Shown here: in pieces, positions 38,913 to 48,743 of the stretch
Numbering within the stretch: position 1 is the stretch's first letter
How the letters are laid out: each line of letters begins with the position of its first letter
Program-made: the position numbers and the translations under genes
Notes under the pieces: generated by a model
What the model was told of the DNA's origin: nothing
What the model saw: only the letters and a program-made list of their open reading frames with translations
The model's database searches: none
Assembly (NCBI GenBank): GCA_965222615.1
Contig: CBDCUI010000007.1
Span: forward strand, 384,001-448,000
Origin: Gammaproteobacteria bacterium
Lineage (GTDB): Bacteria > Pseudomonadota > Gammaproteobacteria > UBA4575
Reading direction: 5' to 3'
DNA: 64,000 nucleotides

Positions 38913-41648
38913 TTAATGGGCTTCATCCCAATTGCTACCATACGCAGCATCTACAACTAATGGCACAGACAGTTCTGCTGCGTTTACCATATATTCAATA
39001 ATGGTGTCTTTTATTTTTTCGTCACACTTTTCGGGCACTTCAAAAACTAATTCATCATGTACTTGCATAATCATTTTACAATCTGAATGCTTTTGTTGTA
39101 GCCAATCATCAATTTGAATCATGGCGCGCTTAATGATATCAGCTGCTGTACCCTGCATCGGCGCATTTATTGCAGTGCGTTCGGCGTATTGCCGTCGCTG
39201 TACATTTTTATTATTGATATCGGGCAGATAGAGTCTTCTGCCAAACAATGTTTCAACATAACCCTGTTCACGTGCCTGCTCGCGAATATTATCCATATAC
39301 TTTTTAACCCCTGGATAACGTTCAAAATATAAACTTACATATTGTTGTGCTTCGGTACGTGTAATGCCTAATTGGCGTGCCAATCCAAACGCCGACATAC
39401 CGTAAATCAAACCAAAGTTTATCGCCTTTGCGGCACGACGCTGTTCTGCTTCAACCTTGTTCAGTGCAATACCAAAAACTTCTGCAGCAGTAGACCGATG
39501 TATGTCTTCTCCCTTTGCAAAGGCTTCACCTAATCTTTCATCTTGGGATAAATGAGCCATGATTCTCAATTCAATTTGAGAATAGTCAGCTGCTAAAATC
39601 TGCTGGTCTGTTGGAGCAATAAATGCCTGCCTAATACGTCTACCTTCTTCTGTACGTATTGGAATGTTTTGTAAATTTGGATCGGAAGAAGATAGCCTAC
39701 CCGTTGAAGCTACCGCTTGATGATAAGAAGTGTGGATGCGATTAGTAGAGGTGTTAATTAATGTTGTAAGCTTATCTGTATAGGTTGATTTAAGTTTACT
39801 TAAAGTGCGATGCTCAAGTAATAATTTTGGTAACGGATAATTCTCTGCAAGTTCTTGTAATACATCTTCTGCAGTAGAGGGCTGACCCTTTGGTGTCTTA
39901 CGTATAACCGGCAGGCCTTGTTTCTCAAACAATATTTCTTGAATTTGTTTTGGCGAGCCTAAATTAAATTTTTGTCCAGCGAGTTCAAACGCTTGTTTTT
40001 CTGTATCTTCTATTATTTTTTGAAACTCTTTGCTAAGCCGTTGTAACTGCTTGGCATCTAACAAAACTCCATTACGCTCCATATTCGAAAGAACTTTAAG
40101 CATGGGTAGCTCGATGCTTAAGTATAGGCTTTTTTGTTTGGATTTTTGCTTTTGTTCTAGCTCAGACCAGAAGATTTGATGTAGCTGCAATACCATATCC
40201 GCATCTTCTGCCGCATATTCGACAGCCTTATCTAACTCTACTTGATCGAAAGTAATTTGCTTACTGCCTTTGCCTGCTACATCTTCAAAATGAATATTGG
40301 CATGGCCCAGATGCTTCTCACACAAGGAATCAAGATCATGTCGACTGGCGACCGAGTTACAAACATAAGACTGCAGCATGGTGTCATGCTGTATGCCATC
40401 TAATTGAATATCATGATTTAGCAAAACACTGCGATCATATTTTAAATTATGGCCAATAATCTTGCTGGGATCAGCATTTAAAATTGGCTCAAGCTTTTGA
40501 AGGATCTCTTCTCTATCTAACTGTTTAGGTGCGCCAGGATAATCATGCTTAAAAGGAACGTATGCGGCTTCACCCGGTGTAACGGCGAAGGAAAGGCCAA
40601 CAACATTGGCCTGCATATAATCAAGATTGTCTGTTTCCGTGTCAAAGGCGACCAAATCTGCCTGCTGAAGTCGATTTAACCAACGATTCAAATCTTTTTT
40701 AGTAAGAATACATTCATAATTCCGTTGCTTAGTTTCTGCACTGGGTTTTGGCGCAACTTCTTCCTCAATTATTTCATTTGCTTCAGACTCAAGTTTTTTT
40801 AACCAGCTTTTAAATTCAAGCTCTGTGTAGAGCTGCTTTAATAGTTTTAAATCTGCTGTTTGAATTTTTAAATCTTCGATACCGATATCTAAATCCAAAT
40901 CACAACGTATAGTGGTTAGTTCATATGACAGAGGAAGTTGTTTGATATGTGCGCGCAGCTTTTCACCTACCTTGCCTTTAATCGTGTCTGAGTTTTCGAT
41001 TACTCCGTCCAGCGATTCATGTTCATTCAGCCATTTGGCCGCAGTCTTTGGGCCGACACTAGGTACCCCAGGTATATTGTCGGACTTATCGCCCGTTAGC
41101 GTTAGATAGTCGATAATTTGACTGGGTGTGACCCCGAACTTTTTCTTAACCCCTGAAGCATCCATTTTGGTATTTGTCATGGTGTTAACTAACGTGACAT
41201 GGTCATTGACTAATTGAGCCATATCTTTATCACCTGTAGACACCAATACCTGTCGTCCTTGCTCGGCTGCACGTTTGGCTAAGGTGCCGATCACATCATC
41301 TGCTTCTACACCAGGCTCTAAAATAAGTGGTAAACCCAATGCTTGCACAATGTTATGTAACGGCTCGATTTGCTGCTGCAGCTCCTCCGGCATCGGTGGT
41401 CGATTGGCTTTATAGTCTTTATACATATCATGTCTAAAGGTCTTGCCTTTGGCATCAAATACAACAGCCATATGCTTTGGTCGTTCATCGTTGAGCAATT
41501 TATTAAGCATATTGACCACACCATATATTGCGCCTGTGGGCTGGCCTGATGATGTGCTTAAATGTTGTAAATTCGGTACATGAAAAGCCCGATACAAATA
41601 AGAGGAGCCATCAACCAATATCAGCGGAGGTGTATTATTTTTAGCCAT
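38913..41648 (-). CDS. polA: DNA polymerase I
   Basis: 5'-3' exo LVDGSSYLYRA, 3'-5' exo FDTET, polymerase ADYSQIELR, KAINFGLIYG and QVHDEL. Confidence 0.98.
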   Translation of the reverse strand: MAKNNTPPLILVDGSSYLYRAFHVPNLQHLSTSSGQPTGAIYGVVNMLNKLLNDERPKHMAVVFDAKGKTFRHDMYKDYKANRPPMPEELQQQIEPLHNIVQALGLPLILEPGVEADDVIGTLAKRAAEQGRQVLVSTGDKDMAQLVNDHVTLVNTMTNTKMDASGVKKKFGVTPSQIIDYLTLTGDKSDNIPGVPSVGPKTAAKWLNEHESLDGVIENSDTIKGKVGEKLRAHIKQLPLSYELTTIRCDLDLDIGIEDLKIQTADLKLLKQLYTELEFKSWLKKLESEANEIIEEEVAPKPSAETKQRNYECILTKKDLNRWLNRLQQADLVAFDTETDNLDYMQANVVGLSFAVTPGEAAYVPFKHDYPGAPKQLDREEILQKLEPILNADPSKIIGHNLKYDRSVLLNHDIQLDGIQHDTMLQSYVCNSVASRHDLDSLCEKHLGHANIHFEDVAGKGSKQITFDQVELDKAVEYAAEDADMVLQLHQIFWSELEQKQKSKQKSLYLSIELPMLKVLSNMERNGVLLDAKQLQRLSKEFQKIIEDTEKQAFELAGQKFNLGSPKQIQEILFEKQGLPVIRKTPKGQPSTAEDVLQELAENYPLPKLLLEHRTLSKLKSTYTDKLTTLINTSTNRIHTSYHQAVASTGRLSSSDPNLQNIPIRTEEGRRIRQAFIAPTDQQILAADYSQIELRIMAHLSQDERLGEAFAKGEDIHRSTAAEVFGIALNKVEAEQRRAAKAINFGLIYGMSAFGLARQLGITRTEAQQYVSLYFERYPGVKKYMDNIREQAREQGYVETLFGRRLYLPDINNKNVQRRQYAERTAINAPMQGTAADIIKRAMIQIDDWLQQKHSDCKMIMQVHDELVFEVPEKCDEKIKDTIIEYMVNAAELSVPLVVDAAYGSNWDEAH

Positions 41649-41811
41649 ATTTTATTTAACTAAGGGCACACTAGTGGTCACTCTAGTAGAACGTTATCAT
41701 GTCACTAAAAATTGCAGCATGAAAGATTGCAAATATATTCCACATCTTGAGTCAGGTATCTTATGTGGATTATGTTGGTCCAGTTTTTATGCAAAATTAT
41801 TATCCTCTTAT

Positions 41812-41941
41812 GAAAGCTCTGATTTATTAATGAACATGGCTGAGACGAGGCAAAGATATTTTTCAGAAGCGGAGTTTACAAGTTTGTAAATGAACATTAA
41901 AAAATATCTTTAACAAAGTATCAGAGTAAACCAGAGTTTTC
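41812..41941 (+). repeat. Full-length palindromic repeat element
   Basis: GAAAGCTCTGATTTATT ... AGTAAACCAGAGTTTTC; core GCGGAGTTTACA-agtt-TGTAAATGA. Confidence 0.85.
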
Positions 41942-41976
41942 TCAATAGTTAAAATAAGAACCACACTTAATAAAGT

Positions 41977-42918
41977 ATGTCTGTCTATACAAACATCGAG
42001 CGCGATGAGCTTGAAACTTTTCTTAAAAACTATTCTCTCGGTGCCTTAATCAGCTTCGCAGGAATTAATGCCGGCATTGAGAATACCAATTACTTTGTGT
42101 CTACAGAAAATGGTGAATTTGTATTAACAATTTTTGAAGAGATCGGTTTTGATACTTTGCCCTATTATTTAAATTTAATGGCGCATTTATCAGATCACGG
42201 CATGCCAACTGCTCACCCCATTGCTGATCTGGATGGCAATTATTTACGCACGTTGAAAAATAAGCCTGCAGCAATTGTGCGACGCTTGGAAGGTCATAAC
42301 ATACTTGAACCTACACCGATACATTGTGCATGTGTAGGACATGCCTTAGCACAAATGCACATGGTTGGTGAATCTTTCAATGCAAAATTAGAGAATCCGC
42401 GCGGTATCGCTTGGGCTGAACATACTGCAAGTCGACTGGAAAATAAAATATCGAGAAATGAATTAAAGTTACTGCAAAATGAAGTTAACTATCGAAAACA
42501 AAATTTACCAACCGATTTGCCTAAAGGTGTGATTCATGCAGACTTATTTCGTGACAATGTCATGTTTAAAGACCACACATTAACTGGAATTATCGATTTT
42601 TATTATGCATGCAATGACTACTTACTTTACGACCTAGCGATAACGGTAAACGATTGGTGCAGCCTTGACAATGGTGAACTTAATGAAGAGTTATACAGTG
42701 CTTTAGTTAGCTCTTATCGTACAGAGCGTGCATTTCAGCTACGAGAAATTGATGCCTGGGAGTATATGCTGCGTGCAGCAACGCTTAGATTTTGGCTATC
42801 TCGTTTACAAGATAAACACTTTCCGAAAGACGGCCATATAACTCATATTAAAAATCCAGATGCCTTTAAAAACATTTTGTTATCGCGTATTAACAATGTG
42901 CCTAGTTTAAATATTTAA
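41977..42918 (+). CDS. thrB: Homoserine kinase type II
   Basis: MSVYT, GIENTNY, GVIHADLFRDNV, IIDFYYAC and LRFWLSRL. Confidence 0.93.
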   Translation: MSVYTNIERDELETFLKNYSLGALISFAGINAGIENTNYFVSTENGEFVLTIFEEIGFDTLPYYLNLMAHLSDHGMPTAHPIADLDGNYLRTLKNKPAAIVRRLEGHNILEPTPIHCACVGHALAQMHMVGESFNAKLENPRGIAWAEHTASRLENKISRNELKLLQNEVNYRKQNLPTDLPKGVIHADLFRDNVMFKDHTLTGIIDFYYACNDYLLYDLAITVNDWCSLDNGELNEELYSALVSSYRTERAFQLREIDAWEYMLRAATLRFWLSRLQDKHFPKDGHITHIKNPDAFKNILLSRINNVPSLNI

Positions 42919-42938
42919 TTTCATCTTCATTAAACTAC

Positions 42939-43451
42939 TTGAAAATTAAATTAAAAAATTTATGCGATGCAATTGATGCGTTTAATGAACGTATTGGTCG
43001 AATTACCGCATGGGCACTGTTGTTGATGGTCGGCGTTACGTTTTTGGTCGTCGTTTTGCGCTATGGATTTAACTTTGGACGCATTGCCCTACAAGAGTCG
43101 ACAACCTATCTACACGCTTTTGTATTTATGATCGCTGGTGCTTACACATTAAAGCACAATGAACATGTGCGTGTTGATATTTTTTATCAGGATATGTCAC
43201 CAAGAAACAAAGCAAAGGTTGATTTATTCGGCAGTGTTTTTTTACTACTTCCTTTTACTTTGTTTATCCTATGGGTAAGTTTCGATTATGTTTTAAAGTC
43301 TTGGCAACTATTGGAACAATCTCGCGAAGCGGGTGGCTTACCTTTCGTATATATATTAAAAAGCTTTATACCGGTAATGGCAGGGCTTTTGTTCTTGCAG
43401 GCGCTTTCATTATGTGGACACGCATGGCTTTCACTGACTAAAGCAAAGTAA
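42939..43451 (+). CDS. TRAP transporter small permease (DctQ)
   Basis: VVVLRYGF, AYTLKHNEHVRVDIFY; 4 TM. Confidence 0.92.
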   Translation: MKIKLKNLCDAIDAFNERIGRITAWALLLMVGVTFLVVVLRYGFNFGRIALQESTTYLHAFVFMIAGAYTLKHNEHVRVDIFYQDMSPRNKAKVDLFGSVFLLLPFTLFILWVSFDYVLKSWQLLEQSREAGGLPFVYILKSFIPVMAGLLFLQALSLCGHAWLSLTKAK

Positions 43452-43458
43452 AACTATT

Positions 43459-44838
43459 ATGGAAGTTATTGCGTTTATATTATTTCTAGCAGTGATTTTT
43501 GTATTACTGTTTGGTTATCCGGTCGCTTTTACACTAGGCGGTGTTTCCTTATTATTTGCTTTGCTTGGAGTACTGACTGGTACATTCGAGCCGGCCTTGC
43601 TACAAGCATTTCCTAGTCGCCTGTTTGGCATTATGACGAATGAAACGCTGATTGCTGTACCCTTATTTGTTTTCATGGGTGTAATGTTAAAGCAATCCAA
43701 TATTGCCGATGAGCTATTGGAAACCATGGCCTCGTTATTTGGGTCTTTACGCGGTGGACTAGGCGTATCGGTCATTTTAGTTGGAATGTTGCTTGCGGCA
43801 AGTACCGGGATTGTCGGCGCGACGGTAGTCACCATGGGCTTGCTATCACTTCCCACCATGCTGAAACGTGGCTATCAAGCAGAAGTTTCCACTGGGGTAA
43901 TTTGTGCCTCCGGTACGTTAGGTCAAATCATTCCACCATCCATTATTTTAGTCCTTCTTGGTGATGTGTTGTCATCGGCCTATCAGCAATCTCAACTTAG
44001 CCAAGGTAATTTTTCACCTGATACCGTTTCAGTGGGGGACTTATTTGTCGGTGCAATTATTCCAGGCTTGCTACTGGTATTCCTTTATCTTGTTTACTTA
44101 ATCTTTGTCGCCTGGTTTAAGCCTGAATATATGCCAGCGATTCCACAACAAAAAAGCATTAGTTTATCCGCATGGGTGAAACGCATTTCGCATGCGTTAC
44201 TACCACCCATTTTACTGATTGTTGCCGTATTAGGTTCAATAATTAAAGGTGTGGCGACGCCAACGGAAGCAGCATCTGTCGGTGCAGTCGGTGCAATATT
44301 ATTAGCACTATTTAATCGTAGACTGGATCTAAATTGCCTACGAGAAGTCATGCGAAGATCTATTCGTATCACGTGTATGGTGTTTATGATCTTTATCGGT
44401 GCTTCAATATTTTCATTGGTGTTTCGTGGCTATGGGGGAGACGAAGCAGTACATGCATTGTTAACCCAGTTACCTGGTGGGGCATTTGGCGCAATATTAG
44501 TGGTGATGGCATTAATGTTTGTGCTGGGCTTTATTTTAGATTTTATTGAAATTACGTTTGTAGTAGTTCCTATCGTAGGACCCGTGCTATTAACTTTAGG
44601 GGTTGACCCCGTTTGGTTAGGCATCATGATTGCAATAAATCTACAAACTTCTTTTTTAACGCCACCATTTGGATTTGCATTATTTTATTTGCGCGGAGTC
44701 GCACCCAAAGAAGTACAAACTAAACAAATCTACCGAGGCGTTGCACCTTTTATTGCAATACAAGTGTTTGCATTAGCAATGATCGCTACTTTTCCAGAAT
44801 TGGCTACCTGGCTTCCAGATAAAATTTATTCAAACTAA
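43459..44838 (+). CDS. TRAP transporter large permease (DctM)
   Basis: AVPLFVFMG, SGTLGQIIPPS, ATPTEAA and FLTPPFG. Confidence 0.93.
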   Translation: MEVIAFILFLAVIFVLLFGYPVAFTLGGVSLLFALLGVLTGTFEPALLQAFPSRLFGIMTNETLIAVPLFVFMGVMLKQSNIADELLETMASLFGSLRGGLGVSVILVGMLLAASTGIVGATVVTMGLLSLPTMLKRGYQAEVSTGVICASGTLGQIIPPSIILVLLGDVLSSAYQQSQLSQGNFSPDTVSVGDLFVGAIIPGLLLVFLYLVYLIFVAWFKPEYMPAIPQQKSISLSAWVKRISHALLPPILLIVAVLGSIIKGVATPTEAASVGAVGAILLALFNRRLDLNCLREVMRRSIRITCMVFMIFIGASIFSLVFRGYGGDEAVHALLTQLPGGAFGAILVVMALMFVLGFILDFIEITFVVVPIVGPVLLTLGVDPVWLGIMIAINLQTSFLTPPFGFALFYLRGVAPKEVQTKQIYRGVAPFIAIQVFALAMIATFPELATWLPDKIYSN

Positions 44839-44880
44839 ACAGAGTCCAGCCATTAACTTACTATGTAACTCAATAGCTGG

Positions 44881-44947
44881 ATGAGTATTTCGAGACATTT
44901 TTTAACGCCCTAAAAAAATTAATTAAGGCAGAATAAATCAGCGTTTC
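44881..44947 (+). repeat. Right half of the palindromic repeat element
   Basis: ATGAGTATTTCGAGACATTTTTTAACGCC...GGCAGAATAAATCAGCGTTTC, matching the corresponding arm of the 58477 copy. Confidence 0.7.
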
Positions 44948-44955
44948 TAGTATTT

Positions 44956-45195
44956 TTATTCGTATGGAGAGAAAGTCGGCACTAACTGTAAATACGCAAC
45001 CACGGTTAGCACTGCATAGCCAAGCCCAAATGCAATCATAATTCCACGATTCATGGCGGTAATGTCTTTACCTGAAGAACGAAATGGCAGCCATGTCACG
45101 TAAATTGCAAAAAGCAAATTAAAAAGAAAAAATATCTGCGTGGTATATTCTTTGGCATCCCACATGGTGCGCCATTTGACAAATAACTCTTCCAC
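44956..45195 (-). CDS. Small hypothetical membrane protein (2 TM)
   Basis: AGGAGG RBS before GTG start; two hydrophobic helices. Confidence 0.7.
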   Translation of the reverse strand: MEELFVKWRTMWDAKEYTTQIFFLFNLLFAIYVTWLPFRSSGKDITAMNRGIMIAFGLGYAVLTVVAYLQLVPTFSPYE

Positions 45196-45258
45196 TATAC
45201 TGCCTCCTTTCCTGTACTTTTTTTATGGTTATTATTCTATATTAACTATAGTTGTATT

Positions 45259-46368
45259 CTATCCTGTGCGTAAGTTCAAGTAGGCGCGTTCTGAAATATC
45301 TAGCCATGCACGTGATTTTTTAAAGAAATTGCTATACGAATCAAAGATCTTGCGTGCTAATGGATCGGTATATCCTAATTCTGCAGTGACTTCTGTAGAT
45401 AGTTCCGCTAGTTTTTTGATCACTTCTGCAGGTAATTCACGTAACTCGACATTATGTTCATTGACCAAAGTCTCTAACGCATCATTATTGCGCGCTATAT
45501 ATTCAGATAGCATATCTTGATTCGCGACACGACACGCATTAAGCACGATGCTCTGTAAATCGACAGGCAGCTCTTCAAAGGCTTTTTTATTGATAAAACA
45601 CTCTAGCGTCGTGCCGGGTTCATGCCAACCCGGGTAGTAATAATATTTGGCAATTTTATGAAATCCAAAGGCCAAATCATTATAAGGTCCTACCCATTCC
45701 GTAGCATCGATATTGCCGGATTGTAAAGAAGTAAATAATTCTCCACCGGGTAAATTTACCGGTGTTCCACCTGCTCGCTTTAATACTTCGCCTGCTAAAC
45801 CAGGAATACGCATCTTGAGGCCCTCTAGATCCTCTAATGTATTAATCTCTTTATTAAACCAGCCTGCCATTTGTACACCGGTGTTACCGGATGCTGCAGG
45901 CACCAAGCCAAACTGACCATAGGCTTCTTTCCAAAGCTCCATGCCACCACCGTGATATAACCAACTATTCATCTCCATTGCCGTCATACCAAATGGAGTG
46001 GTTGAAAAAAATTGCAAGGCAGAATACTTACCTTTCCAATAATAAGCCGAACCATGTCCCATCTGCGCAGAACCATTCGCCACCGCATCAAATATTTCAA
46101 ATGCAGGCACAAGTTCACCTGCCCCATATACCTTTACATTGATACGCCCATTGGACATAGCATTGATTTGCTCGGCCAAAAATTCAGCACCGGTTCCCAA
46201 ACCTGGAAAATTTTTCGGCCATGTAGTAACCATTTTCCAATCCCAAGTTTTACTAACTATGGCAGGCGCTTGTGTAGAGGTTGGCGAGCTTTCTTCTTTA
46301 CATGCCGTCAAACCTGCACCTAAGGCGGCACTTGCCCCTGCATACTGTAAAAATTTTCTTCTTTGCAT
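45259..46368 (-). CDS. TRAP substrate-binding protein (TakP-like, Tat lipoprotein)
   Basis: MQRRKFL Tat motif, LTAC lipobox, WKMVTTWP, GLKMRIPG and YYYPGWHEP. Confidence 0.92.
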   Translation of the reverse strand: MQRRKFLQYAGASAALGAGLTACKEESSPTSTQAPAIVSKTWDWKMVTTWPKNFPGLGTGAEFLAEQINAMSNGRINVKVYGAGELVPAFEIFDAVANGSAQMGHGSAYYWKGKYSALQFFSTTPFGMTAMEMNSWLYHGGGMELWKEAYGQFGLVPAASGNTGVQMAGWFNKEINTLEDLEGLKMRIPGLAGEVLKRAGGTPVNLPGGELFTSLQSGNIDATEWVGPYNDLAFGFHKIAKYYYYPGWHEPGTTLECFINKKAFEELPVDLQSIVLNACRVANQDMLSEYIARNNDALETLVNEHNVELRELPAEVIKKLAELSTEVTAELGYTDPLARKIFDSYSNFFKKSRAWLDISERAYLNLRTG

Positions 46369-46414
46369 AATTACTTTGCCTATTACTAAATTAGTTACTA
46401 TCCATCCATGTTAA

Positions 46415-48583
46415 TCAAGCTAATACATCAAGATTAGCATAAGCGAGCACTAACCACTTACTTCCAACTTCTTCAAAATGTATTTGCACACGTGCACTAC
46501 TGCCTTTGCCTTCACAGTCTAATACTACACCTGCTCCAAATTTTGCATGTGCAACTCTTGCACCAATTTTAATCCCAGTTTCTTCTTCAAATGAATTGGT
46601 CTGCGTGACGTTACGCACGGGTTGAGTAACCATGGCACGAGGCCGTACCTCGGCAATTAACTCTGCTGGAATTTCACTGATAAAGCGTGATGGTGGGTTG
46701 TAATTATCGGACCCATATTGTCGTCTTGACTCAGCATAAGTAAGTACTAATTGTTGTCGTGCTCGCGTGATCCCCACATAACACAAACGCCGTTCTTCTT
46801 CTAAGCGTCCGGGTTCTTCCATCGACATACTGGAGGGAAACAATCCTTCTTCCAAGCCTACGATAAACACCAAAGGAAACTCTAGACCCTTGGCGGCATG
46901 TACAGTCATCAACTGTACACAATCATCCCACTGTGTACCCTGACCTTCACCCGCCTCTAGTGCTGCATGTGTCAAAAAGGCATCTAACGGCTGCATGTCT
47001 GCATATAATTCATCGTCGATATGAAAACCTCTAGCAGCTACCACCAGTTCCTCTAAGTTTTCCACACGTGATTTTGCCTTTTCACTGCTATCTTTGCCAT
47101 GAAAGGCCACTAAACCCGAAGCTTTAATAATATGATCGACTTGCTCGGATAATTCTAAGCTTTCCAAATCTTGGCTCAACTTAACTATGAGTTGTATAAA
47201 TGATTGCAATGCGTTGGATGCGCGTGCTGCCAATAAACTTGACTGCAATATTTTTTCAGCAGCTTGCCAAAGTGTTAATTGATGTTGTTTGGCAAAATCA
47301 CGCAACGTGGCAACCGTGCGTTGACCAATGCCGCGGGTAGGAACATTTATAATACGTTCAAATGACGGGGCATCAGCTGAATTTTTTGCTAGACGCAGAT
47401 AGGCAAGTGCATCTTTAATTTCTGCACGTTCAAAAAAGCGTAACCCACCATAAACACGATAGGGAATACTTTGCGAAATAAACACTTCTTCAAACACACG
47501 TGACTGTGCATTCGATCGATATAAAATGGCGATTTCATCACGCCTACCATTACATGTTTCTATCCAGTGTTTAATTTTATCTGCAACAAAACGCGCCTCA
47601 TCTTGCTCATTAAAGGCTGCATAGAGATAAATAGGCTCGCCATCATCACCATCCGTCCAAAGTTTTTTCCCCATGCGACTTTGATTATTATCGATTAAGG
47701 AATTTGCCGCAGACAATATGGTATTAGTAGAACGATAGTTTTGTTCTAACCGAAACACTTGTGTTTTTTTATAATCTTTTTCAAAGCTGTGAATGTTTTC
47801 TATGCGTGCACCACGCCAGCCATAAATGGATTGATCATCATCGCCTACCGCGAAAATAGGATTATGCTCACCTGCAAATGTTTTTAACCATTGGTATTGA
47901 ATCGAGTTAGTGTCTTGAAACTCATCTACTAAAATATGACGAAATTTTGTTTGGTAATGATTCAATATTTCAGCTTTTTGGGTTAATAATTCCAAACTGC
48001 GCAACAGTAATTCCGCAAAATCGACTAATCCGGTCTGTTCACAAGTTTCTTCATAAGTGCTATAGATGCGTATTAGCTGCCGATCTGTAACATCTCCATG
48101 ATCTTGCAAATCTTTGGGGCGCAAACCTTCTTCTTTACGACTGTTGATATACCAGCGCGCTTGTTTTGGTGGCCACTTGGCATCATCTAAACCTAAGCCA
48201 GTAATAATTCGCTTGACTAAGCGTAGTTGATCATCGCTATCCAATATCTGAAAATTTTGTTTAAGTCCGGCCTCTTGCCAATGAGCTCGCAACAAGCGGT
48301 GAGAAAGCCCATGAAAAGTGCCGATCCACATACCTGCAAGGCTTGAGTTCAAAAGACTTTCTACTCTTGCGCGCATCTCGGCCGCCGCTTTATTGGTAAA
48401 GGTAACTGCAAGAATGCTATACGGTGAGACCGATTCAACTTCACACAACCAGGCAATGCGATGCACTAACACACGTGTCTTGCCGCTGCCTGCTCCGGCA
48501 ATCACCAAGGCCGGTAACATTTCTGAAGCCACGGCTTCACGCTGTGCTTCGTTTAAAGGGTCAAGAATTGGCGATACATCCAT
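46415..48583 (-). CDS. uvrD: DNA helicase II
   Basis: AGAGSGKTRVL, VDEFQDTN, GDDDQSIYGWRGA, EEERRLCYVGITRA and C-terminal GSKWLV. Confidence 0.96.
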   Translation of the reverse strand: MDVSPILDPLNEAQREAVASEMLPALVIAGAGSGKTRVLVHRIAWLCEVESVSPYSILAVTFTNKAAAEMRARVESLLNSSLAGMWIGTFHGLSHRLLRAHWQEAGLKQNFQILDSDDQLRLVKRIITGLGLDDAKWPPKQARWYINSRKEEGLRPKDLQDHGDVTDRQLIRIYSTYEETCEQTGLVDFAELLLRSLELLTQKAEILNHYQTKFRHILVDEFQDTNSIQYQWLKTFAGEHNPIFAVGDDDQSIYGWRGARIENIHSFEKDYKKTQVFRLEQNYRSTNTILSAANSLIDNNQSRMGKKLWTDGDDGEPIYLYAAFNEQDEARFVADKIKHWIETCNGRRDEIAILYRSNAQSRVFEEVFISQSIPYRVYGGLRFFERAEIKDALAYLRLAKNSADAPSFERIINVPTRGIGQRTVATLRDFAKQHQLTLWQAAEKILQSSLLAARASNALQSFIQLIVKLSQDLESLELSEQVDHIIKASGLVAFHGKDSSEKAKSRVENLEELVVAARGFHIDDELYADMQPLDAFLTHAALEAGEGQGTQWDDCVQLMTVHAAKGLEFPLVFIVGLEEGLFPSSMSMEEPGRLEEERRLCYVGITRARQQLVLTYAESRRQYGSDNYNPPSRFISEIPAELIAEVRPRAMVTQPVRNVTQTNSFEEETGIKIGARVAHAKFGAGVVLDCEGKGSSARVQIHFEEVGSKWLVLAYANLDVLA

Positions 48584-48594
48584 AATTAATTCAT

Positions 48595-48723
48595 GAAACT
48601 TTGATTTATCCTGATACGTCGTTAAAAAATGATCTCGAAATGCTCATGTATGTCCCATATACACTGCGCGTTCTCGACATTTTTTGCCTCGTCTCAGTCA
48701 TTGCATTAATAAATCAAAGTTTC
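48595..48723 (-). repeat. Full-length palindromic repeat element (reverse orientation)
   Basis: Perfect 15-bp GAAACTTTGATTTAT / ATAAATCAAAGTTTC; internal sequence aligns with the 7361 and 41812 copies. Confidence 0.88.
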
Positions 48724-48743
48724 CTTAAGTACTGACAGAATTA

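Noticed and set aside
41674-41889. 71-aa ORF upstream of thrB
   Set aside because: Runs through the polA promoter region and the repeat element; no RBS or protein features
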